Part shown: one piece after another, positions 9,311 to 19,454 of the stretch
How positions within the stretch are numbered: position 1 is the first letter of the stretch
Layout of the letters: each line of letters starts with the position of its first letter
Source: Chryseolinea sp.
Lineage (GTDB): Bacteria; Bacteroidota; Bacteroidia; Cytophagales; Cyclobacteriaceae
NCBI GenBank assembly: GCA_039930485.1
Contig: JBDTTT010000007.1
Coordinates: 6,261-70,260 of the forward strand
Length of the DNA stretch: 64,000 nt
Direction of reading: 5' to 3'
Notes under the pieces: generated by a model
Told to the model about the DNA's origin: nothing
Databases searched by the model: none
The model's input: only the letters and a program-made list of their open reading frames with translations
Position numbers and translations under genes: made by a program

Positions 9311-11668
9311 ATGTTCAAATCAATCATCGTAGCATGTGTAATGCTGCTGTCTGCGCGCGTTGCTGCGCAGGAATTTTCCATTGCGGGAACCGTAAGAGAT
9401 GGAAAAAGTAATCAGGTATTGGCCGGAGCTTCCGTTCAGTTAGAAAAGTCAAATCGCGCTGAGGTAACAGATGCGTTTGGGAAATTTAAGATCGGAAAAT
9501 TATCCGAAGGAAAGTATGTGCTGATCATTCGCTTTCTTGGGTATCAGGAAAAGAGAGAGGAGGTTTCGGTGGCATCAAACTCAAACTTGACCATTCTGAT
9601 GGATGAGTCGGCTCAACTTACCGATGAAGTTGTGGTGTATGCAACACGCGCAAATGAGAAAACCCCAACGACATTTACTAATGTAAGTGGCAAAGCTCTG
9701 CAGTCACAAAACTTCGGACAAGATATGCCAATGCTTCTGAATTGGACTCCTTCTCTGGTCACCACTTCGGACGCTGGATCGGGTGTTGGTTACACTGGGC
9801 TGCGTATCCGCGGAAGCGATGCCACACGCATCAACGTTACGATCAATGGCATTCCATATAACGATAGTGAATCACAATCTACTTATTGGGTTGATATTCC
9901 AGATGTCGCGTCATCGACACAAAGTGTACAGATACAACGTGGTGTGGGCACGTCAACCAATGGCGCAGGTGCGTTTGGTGGAAGTGTAAATGTGCAAACC
10001 ATTTCGCAACAAGCTGATCCGTATGCTGAGGTAATTACTGCTGCCGGATCATTCAATACTCAGCGATATACTTTAAAAATGGGAACGGGATTGATTGATG
10101 GTAAGTGGTCGTTTGACGGACGCGTGTCCAAAATTAAATCGGACGGATACATTGATCGCGCATCGTCCGATCTTGGATCCTATTATTTAAGTGGAGGATA
10201 TTATGGAGCAAAAACCATTATAAAAGCAATTGCATTTGGAGGAACGGAAAAAACATATCAATCGTGGAATGGCAATGATGCCGAAACGATGAAGACCAAT
10301 CGCACCTTTAACTCTGCGGGAGCATTATATGATGAAAACTGGAACGTAACCGGATACTATGACAATGAAGTAGATAATTACAAACAGGATCACTACCAGC
10401 TTCACCTTACTCAAAAGTTTAGTGAGTATTGGAATGCAAATCTTTCGCTTCACTATACACACGGGAGCGGCTATTATGAGCAATACAAACAAGCTCGTGA
10501 TTTTGCAGACTATGGACTTGATAATGTTGTGTTGAAAGACACGACACTCACATCAAGTGATTTCATTGTGCGTAAGTGGCTGGATAATAAATTTTACGGA
10601 ACTACTTTTTCTGTAAACTATGAAAAAGATAAAGTAGGACTTTCTATTGGCGGAGCGTACAATCAGTATGCAAACGCGCGGCACTATGGCGAAATCATAT
10701 GGGCACAGTATTCTTCCAACGCTGCGATTCGTCATACCTATTACGATGGAAAATCCCAAAAGAATGATGGAAACATCTATGGAAAATTGAGCTATGCAGC
10801 TACGAGCACCTTGAATGCTTTTGTGGATTTGCAATACCGATATGTAGACTATAAAACTGCAGGTACAGATGACGACCTGGTGCCGTATAACTTTCACGAT
10901 TCATTTCACTTTTTTAATCCAAAAGCCGGGTTGAGTTATTCAATATCAGGTAGTAATGTTTTGTATGCTTCTTATGCAGTCGCCAATCGTGAGCCCAATC
11001 GCACGGATTATACGGAAGGAGCTGTAAAACCAAAATCGGAAAGATTAAATAATTTGGAAGCAGGCTGGAGAAGAAATACATCGAATCTTCAACTTGAGGT
11101 AAATTATTATTTGATGAACTATACAAACCAGCTTGTCTTAACCGGAGCCATTGATAACGTAGGCAATCCGATTCGCGCCAATGTTGGTAAGAGCGTTCGG
11201 ACGGGAGTTGAAGCATCTGCCACCATTCGATTTTCCAGTCACTGGAGTTGGAATGTAAATGCTACGTTTAGCCGAAATACAAACAAAGATTTTGTATTTG
11301 AAGAAGACAATGCAACGGTAAAACGAAACACAACGATTATTCTTTCACCAAGTGTAATCGCTGGAAGTCAGCTAACATGGACTGCCTTTAAAGGTTTTCA
11401 AACTACACTCCTAACCAAGTATGTAGGCAAGCAATACCTTGACAATACAGAAAACGAAACCCTTACATTGGATCCGTATTTCATTAACGATATCAGGTTC
11501 AATTACTCGTTTCCGCTGAAAGGAATAAAATCACTTAGCTTAAGTTTGTTGTTGAACAACGTATTGGATGTGAAATATTCTTCAAACGGTTACGGCTATG
11601 ATGGCGTACCGTATTTCTTCCCACAAGCCGGAAGAAATTTCATGGCCATGATTTCATTGAAGATTTGA
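9311..11668 (+). CDS. TonB-dependent outer membrane receptor with an N-terminal carboxypeptidase-regulatory-like domain, riboswitch-controlled
   Basis: It has a signal peptide MFKSIIVACVMLLSARVAAQ, a CarbopepD_reg-like start (FSIAGTVRDGKS..), a plug region (VVVYATRANEK.., GLRIRGSD) and a C-terminal barrel ending in F-containing strands. I prefer the ATG at 9311 over the ORF-track GTG at 9281. Confidence 0.9.
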   Translation: MFKSIIVACVMLLSARVAAQEFSIAGTVRDGKSNQVLAGASVQLEKSNRAEVTDAFGKFKIGKLSEGKYVLIIRFLGYQEKREEVSVASNSNLTILMDESAQLTDEVVVYATRANEKTPTTFTNVSGKALQSQNFGQDMPMLLNWTPSLVTTSDAGSGVGYTGLRIRGSDATRINVTINGIPYNDSESQSTYWVDIPDVASSTQSVQIQRGVGTSTNGAGAFGGSVNVQTISQQADPYAEVITAAGSFNTQRYTLKMGTGLIDGKWSFDGRVSKIKSDGYIDRASSDLGSYYLSGGYYGAKTIIKAIAFGGTEKTYQSWNGNDAETMKTNRTFNSAGALYDENWNVTGYYDNEVDNYKQDHYQLHLTQKFSEYWNANLSLHYTHGSGYYEQYKQARDFADYGLDNVVLKDTTLTSSDFIVRKWLDNKFYGTTFSVNYEKDKVGLSIGGAYNQYANARHYGEIIWAQYSSNAAIRHTYYDGKSQKNDGNIYGKLSYAATSTLNAFVDLQYRYVDYKTAGTDDDLVPYNFHDSFHFFNPKAGLSYSISGSNVLYASYAVANREPNRTDYTEGAVKPKSERLNNLEAGWRRNTSNLQLEVNYYLMNYTNQLVLTGAIDNVGNPIRANVGKSVRTGVEASATIRFSSHWSWNVNATFSRNTNKDFVFEEDNATVKRNTTIILSPSVIAGSQLTWTAFKGFQTTLLTKYVGKQYLDNTENETLTLDPYFINDIRFNYSFPLKGIKSLSLSLLLNNVLDVKYSSNGYGYDGVPYFFPQAGRNFMAMISLKI

Positions 11669-11676
11669 TACTTAAC

Positions 11677-11725
11677 TCTTTGCGTCTCTGTGCCTCTGCG
11701 GTGAAAACTTACCGTAGAGACGCAG
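11677..11725. repeat. REP-like imperfect inverted repeat / possible terminator downstream of the TonB receptor
   Basis: ctctgcggt (11693-11701) pairs with accgtagag (11711-11719) with one G-U. The flanks contain degenerate copies of a ctctg[tc]g[ac]ctct motif in inverted orientation. Confidence 0.4.
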
Positions 11726-11812
11726 AGTCACAGAGAAATAATGAGTTATAACTAAACCTCATCCGTTGCATCATTTCTAACCCTCTGCTCGTTACTTTTG
11801 TCATTAAGCGTC

Positions 11813-12670
11813 ATGACAAGAGCCAAAACAAAAAAAAGAAATTTTATCGAAGCAGTGCTGAAACTAACACGCTTTGGCAATCTCACCATTATCGGTTTGG
11901 CGCAATATTTTACTGCAGCATTTCTGATTGATAAGAGTATTGTATTTGATCTTGAGTTGTTCCTTCTATCATGTTCTACCGTTTTAATTGCTGCGGCAGG
12001 CTACATCATTAATGATTACTATGATGTAAAGATCGACTTCATCAACAAACCAGAACGTGTTGTCATTGGAAGAAGCATTGCCAGGCGATATGCTATTTTG
12101 TTTCATGTGGCATTGTCATTTTTGGGTATTTTAATCGGGACATATTTGTCTTTGAGAGTAGGTGCACTCAATATACTTTCAGTGTTCCTACTTTGGCTTT
12201 ACTCTAATAACCTGAAGCGCTTACCGCTCATTGGTAATGTAACCGTAGCTTTTCTTACAGGACTTTCAATATATATGGTAGAGGTTTACTACCGAACCGG
12301 AAACTCGTTGGTCTTGATCTATGCCAGCTTTGCATTCTTCATGACATTGATCCGTGAGATCATAAAAGATATGGAAGACTTGAAGGGCGACAATACCTTT
12401 GGTTGCAAAACCCTTCCCATCATCTTGGGCATTCGCAAGACGAAGATGGTGATCTATAGTATTCTAACGGCCTTCTCTATTACCGTTCTGGTGCTCAACT
12501 ACTTTTACGTGGGCTTGTCTATTTACTACTTCCTGCTTTGCCTGTTTATCCCGTTGCTTATTTTACTCTTGCGCCTGATTCGCGCAGATCGGATGAAAGA
12601 CTTTGCATGGTTGAGTACCTTCAGTAAGGTAATTATGTTGCTTGGCATTCTCAGTATGGCCTTTTTATAG
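11813..12670 (+). CDS. UbiA-family prenyltransferase (integral membrane)
   Basis: It is multi-TM, with an aspartate-rich NDYYDVKID motif and a second D-rich segment (KDMEDLKGD) typical of the UbiA superfamily. I chose the ATG at 11813 over the TTG at 11798. Confidence 0.8.
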   Translation: MTRAKTKKRNFIEAVLKLTRFGNLTIIGLAQYFTAAFLIDKSIVFDLELFLLSCSTVLIAAAGYIINDYYDVKIDFINKPERVVIGRSIARRYAILFHVALSFLGILIGTYLSLRVGALNILSVFLLWLYSNNLKRLPLIGNVTVAFLTGLSIYMVEVYYRTGNSLVLIYASFAFFMTLIREIIKDMEDLKGDNTFGCKTLPIILGIRKTKMVIYSILTAFSITVLVLNYFYVGLSIYYFLLCLFIPLLILLLRLIRADRMKDFAWLSTFSKVIMLLGILSMAFL

Positions 12671-12693
12671 GCATATCCTTTTTTGATATGAAA

Positions 12694-12715
12694 TTTTCGA
12701 AATCGATTTCGAAAA
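12694..12715. promoter_or_regulatory. Perfect 22-bp palindrome upstream of ppc (candidate operator or terminator stem)
   Basis: ttttcgaaatcgatttcgaaaa is its own reverse complement. It lies 24 nt after the UbiA-family stop and 78 nt before the ppc start. Confidence 0.4.
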
Positions 12716-12792
12716 AAAATACTTCAATAGATACGAGCATAGACAACCTCCTTCACTTGAATTGATAAATTTGCTATAACGCAACCAGCATT

Positions 12793-15363
12793 ATGATCAA
12801 TACCTTTCAAAAGTCGGTGTCTACCCGATACCACATTTACAACAGCTTGTTCCTGAACTTGCCCTATACCGGCATTTACAGAACTGGAACATTGCTGCCA
12901 TTACTTCAACAACATTGTGAAGATGGCTTTGCAAGTGGTAAAGATCCCAAAACGATTATCCGGAATTTCTTTCGCGATTATGCACCGAAGGCAACGCAAC
13001 AAGAACAGTTTGATTTGCTCTTCAGCTTCATTCAATATGCCGAACGACAAGTAGTATTGTTTGATTCCATTGAAGATGCTGCCTTCGAAGAGATAAATGA
13101 TTTGAACGGAAAGGGAACAGTGTCGGCACTTTTGCTGCGCACATCTTCGGAAGATAAGAGAGAAGCTCTAAAGAAAAAGCTACAAGACTTCAGTGTTCGG
13201 GTTGTGCTAACAGCTCACCCGACACAATTTTATCCAGGTACTGTATTGGCTATTATAAATGATTTGGAAGATGCCATTCGCGAAAGCCGATTGGAGCATA
13301 TCAATTTATTATTGCGTCAATTGGGGAAGACTGCCTTCATCAATAAAGAGAAGCCAACACCCTTTGATGAAGCCATCAGTTTATGCTGGTTTTTGGAGAA
13401 TGTATTCTACCAGGTAATTCCGGATATCATCGGTAAGTTGATCAATGGTTTGGAAATGACACCAGAAGAATGGACCAATTTTGATTTGATCAAGATCGGA
13501 TTCTGGCCAGGAGGTGATCGCGATGGTAATCCATTTGTTACCCATGAGATTACCCTACAAGTTGCACAGCGCTTGCAACAAACATTGTTGAAGTGTTACT
13601 ATAAAGACATCCGCTTCTTAAAGAGACGCCTCACGTTCAAGGGTGTTGAAGATATCATGGCGCGTGTCGAACACAAAGTGTATCCAATTGCATTTGGTGG
13701 AGGGTTCGGAGAAATCTATGAAGGTCCTGAAGAATTACTGCATGATTTGAATGAAGTGCGTGAGGTATTGATCCGCGATCACAAAGGATTGTTCCTCGAT
13801 TTGCTCGATGCCTTTATTCTGAAAGTAAAAATCTTTGGTTTCTATTTTGCCAGCATGGACATTCGTCAGGATAGCCGCAAGCATGCTTATGTGTGGGAGA
13901 ATATTTTAACTCAGCTTCAGGCAAAGAATAAAAAACTAAAAGACTTTGATCAGCTTTCGAATCGACAGAAAATTGATACCCTGCTGTCGTTGAAATTCAA
14001 ACCATCATCGTTAAAGTTTGAAGATCCTTTTATTTCCGAGTTGATCGGAAGCATGGATGCCATCGGCCAGATACAGGAACAAAATGGAGTGCAAGGTTGC
14101 CAGCGTTACATTATTAGTAACTGTCAATCGGCATTAGACATTGTGCGTGTTTATCAACTTGCAAAACTAATATTGGGTAAAGGAGAAACACTTCCTCTTG
14201 ATATCGTTCCGCTATTTGAAACGATTGATGACCTTGCCAACTCGGCTGATATTATGCGAGAGCTTTATAGTATTCCAGAATATACCAAACATTTAAAAAC
14301 TCGTGGGGGCAGACAGCCTATCATGTTAGGTTTCTCCGATGGAACAAAAGACGGAGGATACCTTCGTGCCAACTGGTCCATTTTCTGCGCAAAAGAAACG
14401 CTCACTCAAATATCCCGCGAAAGCGATGTTGTTGCCGTTTTCTTTGACGGACGCGGTGGCCCACCAGCACGTGGAGGTGGAAACACACACGACTTCTATG
14501 CATCCTTGGGTGATACCATTGAAGACAAAGAAGTTCAGATCACGATTCAAGGCCAGACCATCAGTTCAAATTTTGGAAAGCCAGCATCGTGTATTTATAA
14601 TTTAGAGCAATTGCTTTCGGCTGGTGTGGAGAATGAAGTGTTTAGCAGCACGAACCCACAGATGAGCAAGAAGGAAAAAACATTGCTTGAATCATTGGCG
14701 CAAGAAGGACATCGCTCCTACTTAAACCTGAAACAAGATCCCAAGTTTGTTCCCTATTTAGAGAAGATTACACCACTTGCTTATTTTGGTGATACCAATA
14801 TTGGTTCACGCCCGGTAAAACGGAGTGGTGGTGGAGGATTAAAGTTTGAAGATTTGCGTGCTATTCCGTTTGTAGGATCGTGGGCCCAAATGAAACAGAA
14901 CATTCCGGGTTTCTATGGAGTGGGTAGTGCGTTGCAAGCATTGAAGAAAAAAGGAAAGATGGGCGAATTGAAAGAGTTGTTCAATCAGTCTTTATTCTTC
15001 AGAACATTGTTGAGCAATAGTATGATGTCGCTTACTAAATCATATTACCCTGCCACAGCATACTTAGCAAAAGATAAAGAGTTTGGAACATTTTGGAAGA
15101 AGATGCATGCGGAATACAAATTATCAGTATCCATGATTTTAGAGGTTTCAGGATTACATGAACTGATGGAGAACAATCCGGTAAACCGCGATTCTGTAAA
15201 ACTCCGCGAACGTATTGTGCTTCCTCTCATTACAACGCAGCAATATGCTTTGCAACAACTGCGTAACATGAGTACCAACGATAAAGCATTTGAAAAGCAT
15301 TATCGCAAACTCGTGCTTCGCTGCATGTTTGGTATCATCAATGCTGCCCGAAATTCGGCCTAG
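12793..15363 (+). CDS. ppc: Phosphoenolpyruvate carboxylase
   Basis: 856 aa; VLTAHPTQ, GFSDGTKDGGY, FFDGRGGPPARGGG and the C-terminal ...INAARNSA are hallmark PEPC motifs. Confidence 0.95.
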   Translation: MINTFQKSVSTRYHIYNSLFLNLPYTGIYRTGTLLPLLQQHCEDGFASGKDPKTIIRNFFRDYAPKATQQEQFDLLFSFIQYAERQVVLFDSIEDAAFEEINDLNGKGTVSALLLRTSSEDKREALKKKLQDFSVRVVLTAHPTQFYPGTVLAIINDLEDAIRESRLEHINLLLRQLGKTAFINKEKPTPFDEAISLCWFLENVFYQVIPDIIGKLINGLEMTPEEWTNFDLIKIGFWPGGDRDGNPFVTHEITLQVAQRLQQTLLKCYYKDIRFLKRRLTFKGVEDIMARVEHKVYPIAFGGGFGEIYEGPEELLHDLNEVREVLIRDHKGLFLDLLDAFILKVKIFGFYFASMDIRQDSRKHAYVWENILTQLQAKNKKLKDFDQLSNRQKIDTLLSLKFKPSSLKFEDPFISELIGSMDAIGQIQEQNGVQGCQRYIISNCQSALDIVRVYQLAKLILGKGETLPLDIVPLFETIDDLANSADIMRELYSIPEYTKHLKTRGGRQPIMLGFSDGTKDGGYLRANWSIFCAKETLTQISRESDVVAVFFDGRGGPPARGGGNTHDFYASLGDTIEDKEVQITIQGQTISSNFGKPASCIYNLEQLLSAGVENEVFSSTNPQMSKKEKTLLESLAQEGHRSYLNLKQDPKFVPYLEKITPLAYFGDTNIGSRPVKRSGGGGLKFEDLRAIPFVGSWAQMKQNIPGFYGVGSALQALKKKGKMGELKELFNQSLFFRTLLSNSMMSLTKSYYPATAYLAKDKEFGTFWKKMHAEYKLSVSMILEVSGLHELMENNPVNRDSVKLRERIVLPLITTQQYALQQLRNMSTNDKAFEKHYRKLVLRCMFGIINAARNSA

Positions 15364-15437
15364 GTGGTATGATTAACTGCTCATTTGCTTTAGGCGCTGG
15401 GTGGTTAAATGGGATACGTTCAAAGAAATTGTAAAGA

Positions 15438-15466
15438 AAAGCTCACTAAACCAGTGGGCTTTTTTA
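15438..15466 (+). terminator. Probable rho-independent terminator of ppc
   Basis: The stem aaagctcact / agtgggcttt (one G-U) is followed by a T-run (tttttat). Confidence 0.5.
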
Positions 15467-15496
15467 TCTTTCGACTAAAATCATTGGCTATTATTC

Positions 15497-16663
15497 ATGA
15501 GAGTGTTCGGTTTATCACTATCCCTATTTTTACTCTTACCATTGTGCTTATTTAGCCAGGCGACTAAGGATGGTTTTATCATCGTAAACAATGGGCAGTT
15601 TAAGTATGGCAGCATTCAAATTGGAAATATTGATAGTCAGTATACGGAATGCTTCTTTAAGGAATCTTCCAAATCAGAATTTAAGAAGTACACATCAAAT
15701 GAGATTGAAGGTTACGGAGTAATTAATGAAAGTAAATTCGTTACCCGGCAAATTGAAATTCATTCCGAATCACAAAAAATATTTTTGAAGGTTGAGTTTG
15801 AAGGACTCGTTAAATTATACTCCTATCGCAATAGAATTTTTGCGGAAGAAAGTTCATTCGTTGAGTTGCTGGAAGCGAATGATGTGTATAAGAATAACTT
15901 GTCGGATTTAATGAAGTCGTGTAAAAATTCGGCTTCAGCAATAAAGCACTCTGTCTTTACTACAAAAAGTATCATTTCATTACTAAAACGATATGACCAG
16001 TGTTCTAAAACCAATTTCGAGCTTCCCAAAAGAATTAATATCAATTTAGAAGCCGTTGCAGGAGTTGAATACAACTCCACCCAACTAACAAGCCATGTTC
16101 CGTTATTCTATTTTGCGAATGTTAGGAATCTAAAAGATAAGACACTTCTTAGCACGGGGATCAGAGTGCAGATATCATCCTCCCGCATTAAGTCTTTGTC
16201 TTTCTGCACCGGGTTATATTATTATCAGCAGCAGTTTTATCTTCTCTCTGCCTCACAAGCAAACGCGTCAATAATTGATAAGATGAATTTCAATTTCAAT
16301 GAATTCGTTGTGCCAATAAATTTGCAGTATGGTTCAGATAATGAGAAAAAGAAACTGCGCCCATATGTAAGAGGGGGAATTTCTATTCCTTTTGTTACAA
16401 ATTCATCGCTCACGTTAGAACATTCTGAAGAAACAAATAATGTGGTTTACCTTGATCAGTACGATGCTATGAAATCCTTTAAAGAATCCATCCAGATTGA
16501 TGTAGCGGGTGGAGTAAATTTTAATGTATCCAAAAAAATAAGATCATTTGTGGAACTTCATTTTAATACGGGCAAGGGTGAGATTGTCACTAATCTTTCC
16601 AATACCGAAACGATTGAGAGCAAGAGCAAGCGTTTTAACATATTAGTGGGCATACGTTTTTAG
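15497..16663 (+). CDS. Hypothetical secreted protein, probable outer-membrane beta-barrel
   Basis: It has a signal peptide (LSLFLLLPLCLFSQA), alternating-hydrophobic strands in the C-terminal half, and a terminal aromatic (..ILVGIRF). Confidence 0.5.
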   Translation: MRVFGLSLSLFLLLPLCLFSQATKDGFIIVNNGQFKYGSIQIGNIDSQYTECFFKESSKSEFKKYTSNEIEGYGVINESKFVTRQIEIHSESQKIFLKVEFEGLVKLYSYRNRIFAEESSFVELLEANDVYKNNLSDLMKSCKNSASAIKHSVFTTKSIISLLKRYDQCSKTNFELPKRININLEAVAGVEYNSTQLTSHVPLFYFANVRNLKDKTLLSTGIRVQISSSRIKSLSFCTGLYYYQQQFYLLSASQANASIIDKMNFNFNEFVVPINLQYGSDNEKKKLRPYVRGGISIPFVTNSSLTLEHSEETNNVVYLDQYDAMKSFKESIQIDVAGGVNFNVSKKIRSFVELHFNTGKGEIVTNLSNTETIESKSKRFNILVGIRF

Positions 16664-16670
16664 AAATTCG

Positions 16671-19238
16671 ATGAAGCAAAACTGGTTTAATACTTTTTTT
16701 CTGATTGCAATACTGATTTCCTGTATTGATGAAGAAGAAATTGATAGAGACTATCCGACAATAGTAACAAATCCGGTATTGGAGATAGCACCTTCTGGCG
16801 CTACATTCTCCGGCAAAATTGAATCCTCATCGTTAAATGAAATTTCTGAATATGGTTTTGTTTGGGGACAGGATGATAAACTCTTGCCTGAAAATTCTTT
16901 CTCACTTAAATTCGGTAAGCCCCTAGCCAATATCATTACGACTAAAATCAAGTCATCGTTGGTAGCGCAAAAAATATATTATGCACGCTTTTATATTAAG
17001 ACAGACGACAAGACCATTTATGGAAATCTTGTAACATTTAAGAGCCTCGGAAGTGAAGGCCCAATCATTACTGCACTAAGTGCAGCCTCAGGAGTTTTAG
17101 GGGATACGGTCGTTATTCGCGGGAGAAATTTTGTTGCTCAGGAAGAAAAGAATGTGGTGAAGTTCGGTTTGATGGAGGTGCCCATTCTTTCATTAACAGA
17201 TACAGCGATTGTCGTTATCGTTCCTGAAGACTTACCTTTGGATTCAGAACATGTTAATGTGTCGGTGAGCATAGAAGGAAATGTTGCAAATTCTCCGGAG
17301 CCCTTTACACTTTTGCTGGGAGAAATAATTCCAATCATTACATCTGTTTATCCCCACGAAATCAAAGCGTGTGATACCGTTTTGATTGTGGGCAAAAACT
17401 TTAAAGCAACATCAGATTTAGTGGAGCTATTTCTTCCATACAATTATGAAGTTAATCTGATTAAGGCAAAGGATGACTCCATCATGTTTTCAATTAAACT
17501 TATTCAGTATGGTGAATTTGGTTTTACAATTAAGACGGGAAGATTTGAATTGGCAAGCCCGATTGATTTTAATGAAGGAAGGCCAACCTTTATTTCATCA
17601 GACCCTTTAAACTATAAACCGGGAGGCATCATAACACTGCAAGTGAAAAATTTCCCGACTTGCTTGCCTATTGTTGCCGCTGCTGGGGGATATGCTGCTG
17701 AGATAGTTTCAAGAACAGAAAATGAGGTAAAAGTAAAGCTGGGTGAATATTGTTATTACGGAAATTATGGAAGCGAAATTACGATAGCATTTGGAGTCTC
17801 TTATGGCGATTATTTTTTATACTCTCCTTCCATTCAAGCTAAACCACCCCAGATTTTTTCAATAGAACCCAATCACGGAGGGGTTAATGACGAAGTTGTT
17901 ATTCACGGAGAAAACTTTTTCTATATTCAGGATTACTCTACTGATTTTCTAAACATAACCAGTCACACAGAAACAGAAATACGAGGAACACTAAGAGATG
18001 TTTATTCACCTACCGGGGTAATCGATGTAAGTGTTAATTCATGTGGTCAGGTTGCTACGCTTGAACATGGATTTCAATATGATGCACCTGAAATTTTAGA
18101 TTTCAACCCCAAAATAATTACATCTCGTGATCAAATCATTACCATTGAAGGGAAGAATTTTAGCCAGGGGAACTACACTAACTTTATATCTTTTAATAAT
18201 TCTACATCAGCTACTTATGGACTTTCCCAAAGTACTAATCAAATAACATTCTCTGCCGATGTGCTAATACCCGATGACTTAGTTGAAGCAAAATTTTCCA
18301 CGCTAATTACTGTTCGCACATCAACAGGGATGGAGGTGACAACGACACTTAACTTAACCATTGACTATGACGGCCCTTGGAAAAAACTCAAAGATTTTCC
18401 TGGTGAACCCAGATATAATGCCGTTGGATTTTCGATTGCAGGAAAGGGTTATGCGGGCCTTGGTGAGGGAATCACGGATTGGTACACAACGCACTTAACA
18501 GATTTGTGGGAATTTGATCCGCTAACAGAAGACTGGACACAAAAGGCAAGCTTTCCTGGAATGCATTCCTATGATGTTAACAATACTTTAGTAGCAAATG
18601 ACAAAGCATATTACATGAATCAAAATAGAGAGTTTTGGGAATATGATCCATCGTTAGATCACTGGGAGAAAAAGACAGATTACCCGGGATTGGCAGGTTC
18701 CGGAACCGAAGCAGTGACGATCAACAATAAAATCTATATGGGTGGTGGCTATATGGACGGAAGCACACAGGTATATGATTTTTGGGAATATAATCCGTCA
18801 CAAAATACATGGCTACGTCTTGCTGATGTCCCTTCGCCAATTGCAAAACCCCAAGTATTCTATGAAAAAGACGGAAAAATGTATAGTTATAGTGTGACCA
18901 TTTTGGGACAGAAGTTCCTGCTCACCTATAACCCGATTGCAAATGTATGGACGAGCCAATCCTTTGATTATTCTGACACAAGATTGACTGAACAAATTTT
19001 TAGTTTCGCTGACTATGTATTTGTAGGTCGGGTCTATTGTTGTGTTTTTGGCACAGAAGGAGTCTTGACCAAGATTGATCCAACTAGCAATACATCAACT
19101 ACAGTGCCTTATAAAGGTCCATCACGACATTGGTATACCGGATTTACAATAGGTAATTTTGGATATATTGGATTGGGTCGAAGAGAAAATAATCAGCTGT
19201 TAAAAGAAATCTGGAGATTTGACCCTGAAAAATTCTGA
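16671..19238 (+). CDS. Lipoprotein with multiple IPT/TIG-like domains and a C-terminal Kelch-type beta-propeller
   Basis: A lipobox-like LISC is present. Repeated units follow the pattern P.I....P..G..GD.V.I.G.NF. The C-terminal repeats (LWEFDP..D.W, FWEYDPS.D.W, FWEYNPSQNTW) are Kelch-like. Confidence 0.7.
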   Translation: MKQNWFNTFFLIAILISCIDEEEIDRDYPTIVTNPVLEIAPSGATFSGKIESSSLNEISEYGFVWGQDDKLLPENSFSLKFGKPLANIITTKIKSSLVAQKIYYARFYIKTDDKTIYGNLVTFKSLGSEGPIITALSAASGVLGDTVVIRGRNFVAQEEKNVVKFGLMEVPILSLTDTAIVVIVPEDLPLDSEHVNVSVSIEGNVANSPEPFTLLLGEIIPIITSVYPHEIKACDTVLIVGKNFKATSDLVELFLPYNYEVNLIKAKDDSIMFSIKLIQYGEFGFTIKTGRFELASPIDFNEGRPTFISSDPLNYKPGGIITLQVKNFPTCLPIVAAAGGYAAEIVSRTENEVKVKLGEYCYYGNYGSEITIAFGVSYGDYFLYSPSIQAKPPQIFSIEPNHGGVNDEVVIHGENFFYIQDYSTDFLNITSHTETEIRGTLRDVYSPTGVIDVSVNSCGQVATLEHGFQYDAPEILDFNPKIITSRDQIITIEGKNFSQGNYTNFISFNNSTSATYGLSQSTNQITFSADVLIPDDLVEAKFSTLITVRTSTGMEVTTTLNLTIDYDGPWKKLKDFPGEPRYNAVGFSIAGKGYAGLGEGITDWYTTHLTDLWEFDPLTEDWTQKASFPGMHSYDVNNTLVANDKAYYMNQNREFWEYDPSLDHWEKKTDYPGLAGSGTEAVTINNKIYMGGGYMDGSTQVYDFWEYNPSQNTWLRLADVPSPIAKPQVFYEKDGKMYSYSVTILGQKFLLTYNPIANVWTSQSFDYSDTRLTEQIFSFADYVFVGRVYCCVFGTEGVLTKIDPTSNTSTTVPYKGPSRHWYTGFTIGNFGYIGLGRRENNQLLKEIWRFDPEKF

Positions 19239-19454
19239 TAATTTTTTTTGGACCTGAGTTGAAGTTAAAAATCTTGAGACACTGGACAAATGATTTTATT
19301 GTAGTCCGGATTAGATTCAGTTTTCAAATCCAGCGAACAAATTTATTTTACCCTTCCATAATACCTTCCTTTCCGATCAGATCGTTAATTGATCGTACTT
19401 AACAAAAAAGTTTAGCGACCTGCATTTTTCCGTACTATATTCATTCATAAAAGG

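Noticed and set aside
9084-9381. Two minus-strand ORFs (75 and 76 aa) upstream of the TonB receptor
   Set aside because: They run antisense across the TPP riboswitch and the receptor signal peptide, and I recognise no sequence features in them. The riboswitch explains conservation of this region.
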